A stretch of 64,000 bases of DNA from Akkermansia sp. (GCA_051884295.1 JBJEVK010000048.1:3820-67819), one strand, 5' to 3'; positions 1 through 10,700 are shown, numbered from the stretch's first letter. The notes: generated by a model not told the origin, from the sequence alone. A program made the numbers and translations.

Positions 1-1
1 G

Positions 2-973
2 GACAACCTGACGGACGACGAGAAGAAGAAAATCGGCATGTTCTGCAATGTGCCGCCGCGCAACGTGGTGGCGTTCTGCGATGTGAAGCACAGCATCTAC
101 GAATGCCCGATTGACCTGGGGCGCGACCGCATCGACCGCATCGTCACCGAGGTGTTGGGCATCACCGTGCCGCATCCCAAGATGGCGGATTGGCAGCAGT
201 TTGTCGGTCGCGTCATCCATCCGAACCACAGCGTGCGCATCGCCGTGGTCGGCAAGTACATCTCGTTGCAGGATGCCTACAAGTCCATTTACGAGAGCTT
301 CACGCACGCCGGCGCCGCCAATGACTGCCGCGTGGAGGTCGTGCGCGTGGATGCCGAGGCGCTGGAGCAGGGCAATCCCGAGGAGCTCATCGGCGATGTG
401 GACGGTATTTTGGTGCCCGGCGGTTTCGGCGACCGCGGCATCGAGGGCAAGATTGCCGCCGCGCGCTACGCTCGCGAGCAGGGCATCCCCTACTTCGGCA
501 TCTGCCTCGGCATGCAGATTGCCTGCATCGAGTTTGCCCGCAACGTGCTCGGCTTGGCGGATGCCAACTCCACCGAGTTCGACAAGCACACGCCGCACCC
601 CATCATCTGCCTGCAGGAGGAGCAAAAGCACATCGAGAACATGGGCGCCACCATGCGTCTGGGTGCCTACCCGGCGAACATTAAGCCCGGCACCCTGTGC
701 AGCACCCTCTACGGCGGGGAAGAGACCATCTCCGAGCGCCACCGCCACCGCTACGAGTTCAACGCCGATTACCGCGAGGCGGTGGAGGCGGCCGGGCTCG
801 TCATCTCCGCCGTGAACGATGAGCACGGCTTGGTGGAGGTGGTGGAGCTGCCCGGGCACCCCTTCTACATCGCCTGCCAGTATCACCCCGAGTTCCAGAG
901 CCGCCCGACGCACCCGCACCCGCTCTTCTCGGGGCTGGTGGCCGCCGCCCTCCGGCACAAGAAGGAGGACTGA
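2..973 (+). CDS. pyrG: CTP synthase, C-terminal part (5'-truncated by window edge)
   Basis: Frame is open from base 2. Glutamine amidotransferase motifs VPGGFGDRG, GICLGMQ, ERHRHRYE and QYHPEF are present. Confidence 0.97.
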   Translation, partial: DNLTDDEKKKIGMFCNVPPRNVVAFCDVKHSIYECPIDLGRDRIDRIVTEVLGITVPHPKMADWQQFVGRVIHPNHSVRIAVVGKYISLQDAYKSIYESFTHAGAANDCRVEVVRVDAEALEQGNPEELIGDVDGILVPGGFGDRGIEGKIAAARYAREQGIPYFGICLGMQIACIEFARNVLGLADANSTEFDKHTPHPIICLQEEQKHIENMGATMRLGAYPANIKPGTLCSTLYGGEETISERHRHRYEFNADYREAVEAAGLVISAVNDEHGLVEVVELPGHPFYIACQYHPEFQSRPTHPHPLFSGLVAAALRHKKED

Positions 974-993
974 GGCACGTTTCCTCTCTTTCC

Positions 994-1024
994 GGGCGCG
1001 GCTGAGACCGCGCCCCGTTTTTTC
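994..1024 (+). terminator. Rho-independent terminator-like hairpin after pyrG
   Basis: GGGCGCGG-ctgaga-CCGCGCCC stem followed by cgTTTTTTT. Confidence 0.6.
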
Positions 1025-1027
1025 GCC

Positions 1028-2611
1028 ATGTTCTTCGATTGTTTCGTCATTCTGGCCTACTTCTGCGCCATTTTCGGCATCGGACTCTGCGTCAGCCGCC
1101 GTCAGGACAGCCTGGAGGGCTATGCCCTCGGCAACCGCAGCCTGCCGTGGTGGGCCATTCTCGCCTCCATCATTGCGGCAGAAATCAGCGCTGCCACCTT
1201 CCTCGGCGCTCCCGGCGAGGGCTTTGCGCTGCGCAACTACACCTACATGCAGCTCGCCATCGGCACCATCCTCGGGCGCATCATCGTGGGAAAGCTCTTC
1301 CTCAAGCCCTACTACGACTACCGTGTGGTGTCCATCTACGAGTATCTGGAAAAACGCTTCGGCGTGACCACGCGGCGCTGCGCCAGCATCACCTTCCTCA
1401 TCAGCCGCGTGCTCGCCAGCGGCACCCGCCTGTTCTTCGCGGGCATTCTGCTGGTGATTGCCTACCTGTTCGTCACGGGGCAGGAGAGCGCCGGCAAACT
1501 CGAAACGGTGGTGATCTACATCGCGGCGCTCACCCTCATCACCATCGCCACGGCGGTGTACACCACCCTCGGCGGGCTGAAAGCCGTGGTGTGGACAGAT
1601 GTGCTGCAGGCCTCCATCCTCGCTGTTTCCGTGATCACCACCATCGGCGTTCTCTTTTGCAGCATCATGGGCGAGGGGACGCTCGCGCAGGCCTGGCAGA
1701 GCATCTGCAGCACCTTGGGCAACACCGACTACAACCCCTGCGGCATCCGCAACCTGAAACCCTGGGCCTTCGCGGACACGGGGCTGACGGGGCAGGGCTT
1801 TTGGGCGGATGTCCGCAACATCCTGGGCAATGAGTACACGCTGTGGAGCGCCGTGCTGGGCTCCACTTTCATCACGATGGCGACGCACGGCACCGACCAG
1901 GACATGGTGCAGCGCATGCTCGCCGCCAAGGACAGCAAGACCGGCACCCGCGCCGTCATCATCTCGGGGCTGATGGACATGCCCATCGTGTTCATCTTCC
2001 TCTCCTGCGGCATGCTGCTCTTCGTCTACTTTGCGCGCAACGGTATCACCCCTCCCGAGAAGCAAATCGAGATTTTCCCATGGTTCATCATCCACTGCCT
2101 GCCTGTGGGGGTTCGCGGGCTGCTGGTGGCGGCGCTGCTGGCCACGGCCATGGGATCGCTCTCCACCGCGCTCAATGCGCTGGCCACCACGGCCACGCGC
2201 GACTGGTATCGCGACGTGTTCCGACCCGCGGCGAGCGAGCGGCAGATGCTGCGCGCCGTGCGCGTGCTGACGGTGTGCTTTGCGGCGCTGCTCATCCTCG
2301 TGGGCGCGGTGACGGCCTGGTATGTCGTCATGGATCCAAGCGTGCGCATTCTGCCCATCGCACTGGGGATTTTCGGCTACACCTACGGCTCGCTGCTGGG
2401 GATTTTCCTGCTCGGCATGCTCACCAAGCGCCGCGGCTGCGATGCCGGCAACGTGCTGGGCATGCTGGCGGGCTTTGCTGCCGTCATCACGCTGGAGCTG
2501 CTCGGGCGCCGCGAGCTCATCCCCGCCATCGCCTTCCCGTGGCGCGTGACCATCGGCACCCTCGTCACGCTGGCGGTAGCCGCCTGTTTCCCCACGCCGA
2601 AACGCTCCTGA
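1028..2611 (+). CDS. Sodium:solute symporter (SSS/SLC5) family transporter
   Basis: 527 aa, many hydrophobic segments, SSS motifs SIIAAEISAATFLG, YTTLGGLKAVVWTD, DQDMVQRMLAAK. Confidence 0.9.
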   Translation: MFFDCFVILAYFCAIFGIGLCVSRRQDSLEGYALGNRSLPWWAILASIIAAEISAATFLGAPGEGFALRNYTYMQLAIGTILGRIIVGKLFLKPYYDYRVVSIYEYLEKRFGVTTRRCASITFLISRVLASGTRLFFAGILLVIAYLFVTGQESAGKLETVVIYIAALTLITIATAVYTTLGGLKAVVWTDVLQASILAVSVITTIGVLFCSIMGEGTLAQAWQSICSTLGNTDYNPCGIRNLKPWAFADTGLTGQGFWADVRNILGNEYTLWSAVLGSTFITMATHGTDQDMVQRMLAAKDSKTGTRAVIISGLMDMPIVFIFLSCGMLLFVYFARNGITPPEKQIEIFPWFIIHCLPVGVRGLLVAALLATAMGSLSTALNALATTATRDWYRDVFRPAASERQMLRAVRVLTVCFAALLILVGAVTAWYVVMDPSVRILPIALGIFGYTYGSLLGIFLLGMLTKRRGCDAGNVLGMLAGFAAVITLELLGRRELIPAIAFPWRVTIGTLVTLAVAACFPTPKRS

Positions 2612-2614
2612 GCC

Positions 2615-3601
2615 ATGCTCGCCTCCCTGCAGTGCCTCAGCGCCCTTCTGGCGCGTCACACCTCGGCCTTTGTCATCGCCGTGGCGGTGCTGGCTTTCTT
2701 TTGGCGTGATGCCTTTCTCTGGGTGCACGGCGATACGCAGAGCCTCATCCTCGGCTTCATCATGCTGACGATGGGAATGACCCTCAGCGCGCGCGATTTC
2801 CGCATCCTTGCGGCGCGACCGCTCGACATCCTCATCGGGGCGGCGGCGCAGTACAGCGTCATGCCCCTGCTGGCCTGGGGGCTCACGGCGTTTTTCGATC
2901 TGCCGCCCGGCATTGCGGCGGGGCTCATTCTCGTGGGCTGCTGCCCCGGGGGAGTCTCCAGCAACATCATGAGCTTCCTTTGCAAGGGCGATGTGGCCTA
3001 CTCCGTGGGCATGACCACGGTGTCCACCCTCCTGGCGCCGATGGTGACGCCGCTGCTGGTGCTGTGGCTGGCCGGCGCAGGCATCGAGACGGGTGCCCTG
3101 GGCATGTTCCGCAGCATTCTGCTGGTGACGTTGCTGCCTGTGGCGACGGGGACGCTCTGCAACGTGCTCTGGGGGCAGCGCCACGCCTACGCCGAGCTCT
3201 GCCGCCTGATGCCGGGGCTCTCCGTGCTGGGTCTGGCCTGCATCGTCGGCGGTGTGGTGGCGGCCAAGGGCGGCTGTTTCTTCACGAGCGGGGCGCACAT
3301 CTTCCTCGTCATCTTTCTGCACAACGGTCTGGGCTACGCGCTGGGCTTTGCCATTGCTTGCGCCTCGCGGATGAACCGCCCCAAACGCCGCACGCTTGCC
3401 ATCGAGGTGGGTATGCAGAATGCGGGCATGGCCACGGTGCTGGCCGGGCGTCACTTCGCCGCACTACCCGAGGCGGCGGTGGCTGCCGCCATTTGCTGCG
3501 CGTGGCACAGCATCACGGGAACCCTGCTGGCTGGGCTCTTCAACCGTTGGGATGCGCGCTCCCGCGAGCGCAAGACAGGATATCGAGCCTCCTCGTTCTG
3601 A
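2615..3601 (+). CDS. Bile acid:sodium symporter (BASS) family transporter
   Basis: Motifs MLTMGMTL, CCPGGVSSN, IEVGMQNAG. Confidence 0.92.
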   Translation: MLASLQCLSALLARHTSAFVIAVAVLAFFWRDAFLWVHGDTQSLILGFIMLTMGMTLSARDFRILAARPLDILIGAAAQYSVMPLLAWGLTAFFDLPPGIAAGLILVGCCPGGVSSNIMSFLCKGDVAYSVGMTTVSTLLAPMVTPLLVLWLAGAGIETGALGMFRSILLVTLLPVATGTLCNVLWGQRHAYAELCRLMPGLSVLGLACIVGGVVAAKGGCFFTSGAHIFLVIFLHNGLGYALGFAIACASRMNRPKRRTLAIEVGMQNAGMATVLAGRHFAALPEAAVAAAICCAWHSITGTLLAGLFNRWDARSRERKTGYRASSF

Positions 3602-3605
3602 GTTT

Positions 3606-3637
3606 CTGCTCCGCCGGGGGGAGCAGCTCTCATTTTT
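3606..3637 (+). terminator. GC hairpin after BASS gene (copy at 7676-7696)
   Basis: CTGCTCC/GGAGCAG stem with a pyrimidine-rich tail; the U-tract is weak. Confidence 0.4.
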
Positions 3638-3728
3638 CAGTTGACAGCTGGTGACTTTTTTTTGCTAAATAAGGCCAATAGGATGGTCGTATCATCGACC
3701 GTCCGCTCATCCCTTTCTCCTGATACGC

Positions 3729-6700
3729 ATGAAGATCAAACACCGTCTTTGCCTCCCCGGGGCGCGTTTCGCCCGTCGCCGTGGTTTTGCGCTCATCGCC
3801 ACGCTGACGCTCATGATGCTGCTCGCCATGATTGCCACCGCCCTGATGGCGACCGCCGCTTCGCAGAACCGCATTGCCATGCAGTCAGTGCTGCAGGCCG
3901 AGGCGCGCCAGCAGGCACTCATCGGCTTGGACGCCGCCATCGGTGAGCTGCAGGCGCAGCTGGGTGCCGATCAGCGCGTGACGGCGAGCAGCGGTGTGAC
4001 CTCGGAGAATGAAAACGGCACGCCTCAGCATCTTCTGGGGGTTTGGGACAGCTGGGACGGTCCCATCTACGGCTCCGGGCGCACGGGCAAGTCCAAAGGC
4101 AAGATTCAGGATACCTACACGCAGGGGCGCGCCTCCCGGTTCCGCAAGTGGCTCATTTCGAGCCGCAGCGCGCGCGATACCCGCGATTTTAAGGCGGCCA
4201 AGAGCCTGTGCTCCCGTCGCCCCGGGCAGCGCATCTGCATGGTGGGGGCGGGGACGCTCGGGCGCAGCCTCGACAACACGCACTGGGTGTATGCTGATCT
4301 GCTGAGCATGCCCTCCACGGGCAAGAATCAGGCATGCTTTGCGTGGTGGGTCGGCGGTGAGAACCAGAAGGCCAAGATCTCGGTGGAGGATCCCGAGGAG
4401 AGCAAGGATCCCATCGAGCTGCTGCACCGGACATGGAACACCCCGGCGCCGATGGTGGTGGATAATCGCGACCTGGACTTTGTGCCCTCGCGCGTGGAGA
4501 ATGCGGCCAAACTGACCACGCTCAACAGTCTGCCCTTGCTCGACAGCTCTTCCCAGCCGGCGGGGACGCCCTATTTCTTCGATGTGACGACCTCGTCCTA
4601 CAGCTTGCCCGTCAATGTGAGCATGGGCGGGCTGAAGCAGGATCTGTGCCTGCTGCTCAACAAAGAGACGCTCAAGGGGACGGAGTTCGCCGCGCGCTCC
4701 GATCAGGATTGCCCGCTGGTTGAGGGTAGCGATGTGCCCGTCGGCACGGAGTCTAACATGCCCATCGGCTCGTGGCAGACGCTCTACGCCTACTACAATT
4801 GCTGGCCGAATGGCGATGCCGACACGGAGGACTTCACGGCGCGACTGCCGGGCAGTCTGAAAAATCCCTACACGCGCATGAGCGGTGCGGCCTACACGCA
4901 GAATGGACTGGGCTACTTCCGCGATGCGAACGAGGCGGTTTCCGATGTGCCCAACAGCGTGTTTGATGCTCGTTCCATGATGGACAGCGGCAGCAAGAGT
5001 GCCGGCTATGCCCGTACACCCATTATGCTGGCCTACATGTGCAATTTGGGTCTGGATGTTGAAAGGGGTGACAAGAAAACGGATGATCAGGGTAATGAAA
5101 TTCCCACCTATTCGCTCAATTTCACCTTTGCACCCATGTTCCTGTACTGGAACCCCTACAATGTGCCGATGCGGGTCAAGTCCCGTCGTCTGTGGACCAA
5201 GACAACACCCTACAAGCTGCTGAATCTGGAGTTTAACAATCTGGTGACGAAGGACGGGCGCAGCAACTGGCAGAGCACCGGATGGAAGACGGGCAATCCG
5301 GCTCGCAAGAATGTCGGCAGCTACACGAAGGATAGGCTCTATGCCGACTATGGTCAGTGTCTGCAGAACTCGCTGAACGACAATTCGGATATTGTGTTCC
5401 GTCCCGGTGAGGTGTTGTTCTTCTCGCTGGCTTCGGGGAAGGGGTCGTCCGAGGCGTGGAGAACGCCGCTGGTGCTGCAATTCTGGCCGGATGTCGTCAG
5501 CTCTTACAAGGCGCGCATGTACTCGAATTGCAGCGAGTACATGACGAACGAGGCCTACTTCGATGTCAATCTGGGCGCCGACGAATACATCACCGACGGT
5601 TACTACTTCTCGCGCGGCCATGCGGAGTGCATCACCATTCAGCATGGCTTTGGCGGGCGCCGCGATAATCCTGAGTCCGACAACAACTGGGTTGATCAAT
5701 CGAAATTCTTTGCCATCCAGTCCCCCCAGCGTCATATTCTCAACTGGTTTGCCCCCGGGGAACTGGCTCCGGAGCAGCGTCTGATTTGCTCGAGTCAGTT
5801 GAATGACTCGGTGTGGGACACGAGCATGGTCGAGGATGACCAGCCCTATTTCGTGTGCGCCGTCGGTGTGGTGGCCAAGAGCGCCAACACGCGGGTGGAG
5901 GAGTATCTCTACGGTGACAGCGATTATCGCGGCAAGTTGTGGCAGCATGCCACCCCGGCCACATGGGGCGGTGCGTTGCTGGCTCCGACGGATCAGGAGC
6001 GCCAGTACCACCCCTACCAGTTGGCAACGCTCAAAATCAGCGGTGGTCTGGCAACGGCGCCGATGGACAACATCGGCAACAACGGCTACCTCGGCATTAC
6101 AAGCGATGGCGAGCAGGTCTCCTTTGCCTCGGTTTCCGAGCTGCCGGTGCATCCCCCCTTCTCGCTGGCGGGCCTGGCCGGCATGCGCCTGACGCCCGGT
6201 TGGTATGCTCCCTCCTGGAACGGAGATATCGGATCCTCGGTTGTCGGGGCGATGCGCCGCTCTGCCTACATCGGCGGTGTGCCCGGCGTGGGTATCGGCA
6301 ACGCCTTTGCGGATCCGACCATCCCTGCGGATGGGGTGTATGCCTTCCACCGCACGCAGACCTCGCAGGGGCTCAACGATATGAACGGGGGTGCCTCGGT
6401 GCCGTCGAACAAGCAGATCTACGGCGATTACTTTGACCACGGACTGCTCATCAACGATGCGATGTGGGACCGCTGGTTCATGTCCTCGGTTTCCGACATG
6501 CCGACGGGGGACAATATCCGCAAGGCACAGGAGGTGCTCAGCGACTTCCTCAGCGGCAAGGAGGCGCTGCCCGTGGCGCGCTACAAGAAGTGCGCCACCC
6601 CCTACAACGATGAGCAGGTCATTAGTCGTCTGATGGAGGGTGACGGCTGGAAGTACATTGCGCAGTACCTCATGATTGACGGCGGCTTCAACGTGAACTC

Positions 6701-7508
6701 CACCTCGGTGGAGGCGTGGACGGCGGTTTTGCAGGGCTTGGCTCGCCGCAAGCTCGTCACGGGCGATGGCAATCGTCTCTCGCTGGTGGAGGAGAACAAG
6801 AGCGATCAACAGGTGCTCTTCTCCCGCTTCATGTACTCCACGACCGACAAGAGCGTGGACTCACTCGGCGGCTACAGCATGATGCAGGGCTCCAGCCGCT
6901 TCCGCAACAGCGGCATGCTCAACGCCTGGGGCGAGGTGCGTATGCTCGAGCCGGAATCCATCCGCCGCCTGGCCGAAGAGATGGTGAAGCAGGTGCGCAA
7001 GCGCGGCCCCTTCCTCTCCATGTCCGATTTTGTCAATCGTCGTTTGACGCAGGGCGAGACGGGGCTCAAGGGGGCGCTGCAGGCCGCCATCGACGCCACG
7101 GACATCAACCGCGATTTCCAGGATGTCATCGTGCAGCCGCGCAACAACGGAGACTTGTACGCCAACCCCGAGGCGGAGCGGGGCTCCATGTATACGGCGG
7201 CTCCGGGCTATCTGATTCAGAGCGATGTGCTCATGTCGCTGGGCAACATTCTGACCGTGCGCGACGACACCTTCACCGTGCGCGCCTACGGCTGCGTCAA
7301 GAGCGCCTCCAACGCCATTCTGGCGCAGGCCTGGTGCGAGGCCGTGGTGCAGCGCACGATGAACTACGTGGATCCGACGAACGATCCTTCCGATGCGGAG
7401 TACAATCCCGATGGCACGAAAGGTAAGGGGCTCACTAAGCTGAACCGGGTGTTGGGGCGCCGCTTTCAGGTTGTATCCTTCAAGTGGCTGAATATGTGGG
7501 ATATTTGA
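3729..7508 (+). CDS. Large PilX/GspK-type pilin-like protein (Verru_Chthon cassette protein A-like), copy 1
   Basis: Basic leader followed by G|FALIATLTLMMLL (class III signal without Glu5); C-terminal DVLMSLGNILTVRDDTFTVRAYG...AWCEAVVQR typical of verrucomicrobial cassette-A proteins. Confidence 0.75.
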   Translation: MKIKHRLCLPGARFARRRGFALIATLTLMMLLAMIATALMATAASQNRIAMQSVLQAEARQQALIGLDAAIGELQAQLGADQRVTASSGVTSENENGTPQHLLGVWDSWDGPIYGSGRTGKSKGKIQDTYTQGRASRFRKWLISSRSARDTRDFKAAKSLCSRRPGQRICMVGAGTLGRSLDNTHWVYADLLSMPSTGKNQACFAWWVGGENQKAKISVEDPEESKDPIELLHRTWNTPAPMVVDNRDLDFVPSRVENAAKLTTLNSLPLLDSSSQPAGTPYFFDVTTSSYSLPVNVSMGGLKQDLCLLLNKETLKGTEFAARSDQDCPLVEGSDVPVGTESNMPIGSWQTLYAYYNCWPNGDADTEDFTARLPGSLKNPYTRMSGAAYTQNGLGYFRDANEAVSDVPNSVFDARSMMDSGSKSAGYARTPIMLAYMCNLGLDVERGDKKTDDQGNEIPTYSLNFTFAPMFLYWNPYNVPMRVKSRRLWTKTTPYKLLNLEFNNLVTKDGRSNWQSTGWKTGNPARKNVGSYTKDRLYADYGQCLQNSLNDNSDIVFRPGEVLFFSLASGKGSSEAWRTPLVLQFWPDVVSSYKARMYSNCSEYMTNEAYFDVNLGADEYITDGYYFSRGHAECITIQHGFGGRRDNPESDNNWVDQSKFFAIQSPQRHILNWFAPGELAPEQRLICSSQLNDSVWDTSMVEDDQPYFVCAVGVVAKSANTRVEEYLYGDSDYRGKLWQHATPATWGGALLAPTDQERQYHPYQLATLKISGGLATAPMDNIGNNGYLGITSDGEQVSFASVSELPVHPPFSLAGLAGMRLTPGWYAPSWNGDIGSSVVGAMRRSAYIGGVPGVGIGNAFADPTIPADGVYAFHRTQTSQGLNDMNGGASVPSNKQIYGDYFDHGLLINDAMWDRWFMSSVSDMPTGDNIRKAQEVLSDFLSGKEALPVARYKKCATPYNDEQVISRLMEGDGWKYIAQYLMIDGGFNVNSTSVEAWTAVLQGLARRKLVTGDGNRLSLVEENKSDQQVLFSRFMYSTTDKSVDSLGGYSMMQGSSRFRNSGMLNAWGEVRMLEPESIRRLAEEMVKQVRKRGPFLSMSDFVNRRLTQGETGLKGALQAAIDATDINRDFQDVIVQPRNNGDLYANPEAERGSMYTAAPGYLIQSDVLMSLGNILTVRDDTFTVRAYGCVKSASNAILAQAWCEAVVQRTMNYVDPTNDPSDAEYNPDGTKGKGLTKLNRVLGRRFQVVSFKWLNMWDI

Positions 7509-7605
7509 CGGGGAAGCACCGCTCTGTCCTCTCTTGACGGGCCGGGAGCTGCCACTGCTGGGGTAGGGGGGATTTCCGCATCCTCGCGGGCTCCGGCCGG
7601 CACAG

Positions 7606-7671
7606 ATCTTTCATCGTCGGGAGCGGCGCTTCTGCGAGCGCAGGAGAGGCCGCCGAGCCTCCTCGTCCTGA
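7606..7671 (+). pseudogene. Degenerate remnant of the BASS gene 3' end
   Basis: Gapless match to 3536-3601: IFHRRERRFCERRRGRRASSS* versus LFNRWDARSRERKTGYRASSF*. Confidence 0.7.
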
Positions 7672-7796
7672 GTTTCTGCTCCGCCGGGGGGAGCAGCTCT
7701 ATTTTTCAGTTGACATCTGCCGACTTTTTTTGCTAAATAAGCCCAATAGGATGGTCGTATCATCGGCCGTTCGCTCATCCCTTTCTCCTGATACGC

Positions 7797-10700
7797 ATGA
7801 AGATTCAACAACGTCTCTGCCTCCCTGGGGCGCGTTTCGCCCGTCGCCGTGGTTTTGCGCTCATCGCCACGCTGACGCTCATGATGCTGCTCGCCATGAT
7901 TGCCACCGCTCTGATGGCGACTGCCGCTTCGCAGAACCGTATTGCCATGCAGACGGTGCTGCAGGCCGAGGCGCGCCAGCAGGCACTCATTGGGTTGGAC
8001 GCCGCCATTGGTGAGTTGCAGGCGCAGCTGGGCGCCGACCAGCGCGTGACGGCGAGCAGCGGTGTGACCTCGGAGAACGAAAGCGGTACGCCGCAGCATC
8101 TTCTGGGTGTTTGGGACAGCTGGGACGGTCCCATCTACGGCACCGGGCGTACGGGCAAGTCCAAAAGCAAGATTCAGGATACCTACACGCAGGGGCGCGC
8201 CTCCCGGTTCCGCAAGTGGCTCATTTCGAGCCGCAGCGCGCGCGATACCCGCGATTTTAAGGCGGCCAAGAGCCTGTGCTCCCGTCGCCCCGGGCAGCGC
8301 ATCTGCATGGTGGGGGCGGGGACGCTCGGGCGCAGCCTCGACAACACGCACTGGGTGTATGCTGATCTGCTGAGCATGCCCTCCACGGGCAAGAATCAGG
8401 CATGCTTTGCGTGGTGGGTCGGCGGCGAGAATCAGAAGGCCAAACTCTCGGTGGAGGACCCCGAGGAGACGACGGATCCCATCGAAATGCTGCACCGGAC
8501 GTGGAACACCCCGGCGCCCATGGTTGTGGACAACCGCGACCTCGACTTCGTGCCCTCGCGCGTGGAGCATGCGGCCAAACTGACCACGCTCAACAGCCTG
8601 CCCCTGCTCGACAGCTCCTCGCAGCCGGCGGGCACGCCCTATTTCTTCGATGTGACAACCGCTTCCTACAGCCTGCCTGTCAACGTGAGCATGGGCGGTC
8701 TGAAGCAGGATTTGTGCCTGCTGCTCAACAAGGAGACGCTCAAGGGAACGGAGTTCGCCGCGCGCTCCAATCAGGATTGCCCGCTGGTCGAGGGCGGTGA
8801 TGTGCCCGTCGGCACGGAGTCCAACATGCCCATCGGCTCGTGGCAGACGCTCTACGCCTACTACAATTGCTGGCCGAACGGCGATGAGGGGTCCAACGGT
8901 TTTGCTGCGCGCATGCAGGGTAACCTCAGTTCGGCCTACACGCGCATGAGCGGCGCAGGCTACACCGCCTCGATGGCGGATCTCCAGTCCCCCGTTGCCT
9001 CTTCGGATGAGCGTACGTTCTTTGACACCCGCTCCCTGCTCGACCAGGGGAGCTCGACGGCGGGCTATGCCCGCACCCCCGTGATGCTGGCCTTCATCAG
9101 CAACTTCGCCTTGGTGTCCGAACGGGCTCCCATGCTTGAGGATGAGGAGGGCAAAAAGACTGTTCGCTATAATCTCGGCGTGGGATTCGCGCCGATGGCT
9201 CTCATGTGGAATCCGTATAACGTGCCCATGAGGGTGCGTGGCGGGCAGATGTGGACCCACACCCGCCCGTATAAGACCATGTGGTTGCAGTTCAACAACT
9301 TCGACGCCAAGAACGGACGCTGGGACACGCTCAACGGTACGCAGCAATGGGTGGCCGACAATTTCTACGAGAAAGGGGACTGGAAGAACCTCCCCGGCGG
9401 TAATTTGGACGGCAAGGGCTACGGTGCCGGTAATGCCCGCGGTTTCGGTGCGGAATACGCTTCCCCGCTCTATGCCTCGCGCAATAATCAGTCGTCTGAC
9501 ATCGTGTTCCAACCCGGTGAGGTCTTGTTCTTCTGCCCCGATGCCGGCAGTGATTCGCAGGGTAATCAATCCACCTCGCTCGTGATCGGTTACGACCCCA
9601 CGGCTCTTTGCGTGCCCGATCTGACCAAGAACGCTTTCCACCCCAATGTCCCGGCCAGCGAAGTCGACGCGGGCAACATCTTCCTGAAACTGACTCTGGG
9701 TATCAACGACGGCAAGGAATTCAAATATCCCGCGAGTCAGGTCAACCCCACCGATCTTCTCGATGCGCGCTTCCGCATGTTCGGTCAGCTCAGCTGCATT
9801 ACGGTGCTCAACGGTGTGGGCGGCCTGCAGAGCCTGACGCTCAACAAGGATTTGGAGAAAGATTCAGAGTCGCAGGATGGTCGCCACGGCATCATGCCGC
9901 ACTCCATGATGCTCGGTTGGTATAACACTGCCGAGATGACGCGCGACCAGCTCTATGTCTGCGATCCGTCGCACAACGATTCCGTGTGGTCCACCTCGCA
10001 GAACGATTCTTCCACCCCCTACTTTGTCACGGCGCTGGGCGTGGTGACCAAGTCGGCCAACACGAATCCCGATACCCGCATTCTCCCCGGCGGCGACTAC
10101 CGCGGCAAGCTGTGGCAGCACTCGAACCCTGCGCTCTCCAGCTCGGTGAGCTACAATCCCTCGGATCAGGAGCGTCAATACCTCCCCTACCAGTTGGCTG
10201 TGCTGCCGGTCTCGGGCGGTCTGGGCTCTTCGCCGATCGATAATGTCGGCAACAACGGCTATTTGGGCATTACGAGCGACGGTGAGCAGGTGTCCTTTGC
10301 CTCGGTGTTGGAGCTGCCCGTGCATCCTCCCTTCTCGCTGGCGGGGTTGGCCGGCATGCGTCTCACCCCCGGCTGGTACCGCAGCTCCGAGAGCGGAACC
10401 TATGCGGCTGTTGCGGCGGCGCGCCGCATGCAGTATCAGGGTGGCGTGCCCGGTGTGGGGATTGGCAACTCCTTTGCTGACCCGACGATTCCGGCTGCTG
10501 AGGTCTACGCCTATCACCAGACCAATACGGCAGAGTTCAGTTCGCGGATTCAGGGGAATCAGCGCCTCTTCGGCGACTTCTTCGACCATGGTCTGCTCAT
10601 CAACGATGCGATGTGGGATCGCTGGTTCATGTCCTCGGTCTCCGATATGCCGACCGGAAAGGGGGTTCGCAAGGCACAGGAGGTGCTCAGCGACTTCCTC

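Larger units (their letters stand above)
3536..7530 (+). repeat. Tandem duplication unit, copy 1 (BASS 3' end, promoter region, pilin-like gene)
   Basis: Aligns with 7606-11680 at an offset of about 4070 bp, from the last 22 BASS codons to about 25 nt past the stop codon. Confidence 0.9.

Noticed and set aside
3601-3728. Possible inverton upstream of the pilin-like genes
   Set aside because: No AYAGCM-N7-TGCT site or long-range inverted repeat was found, only local hairpins.
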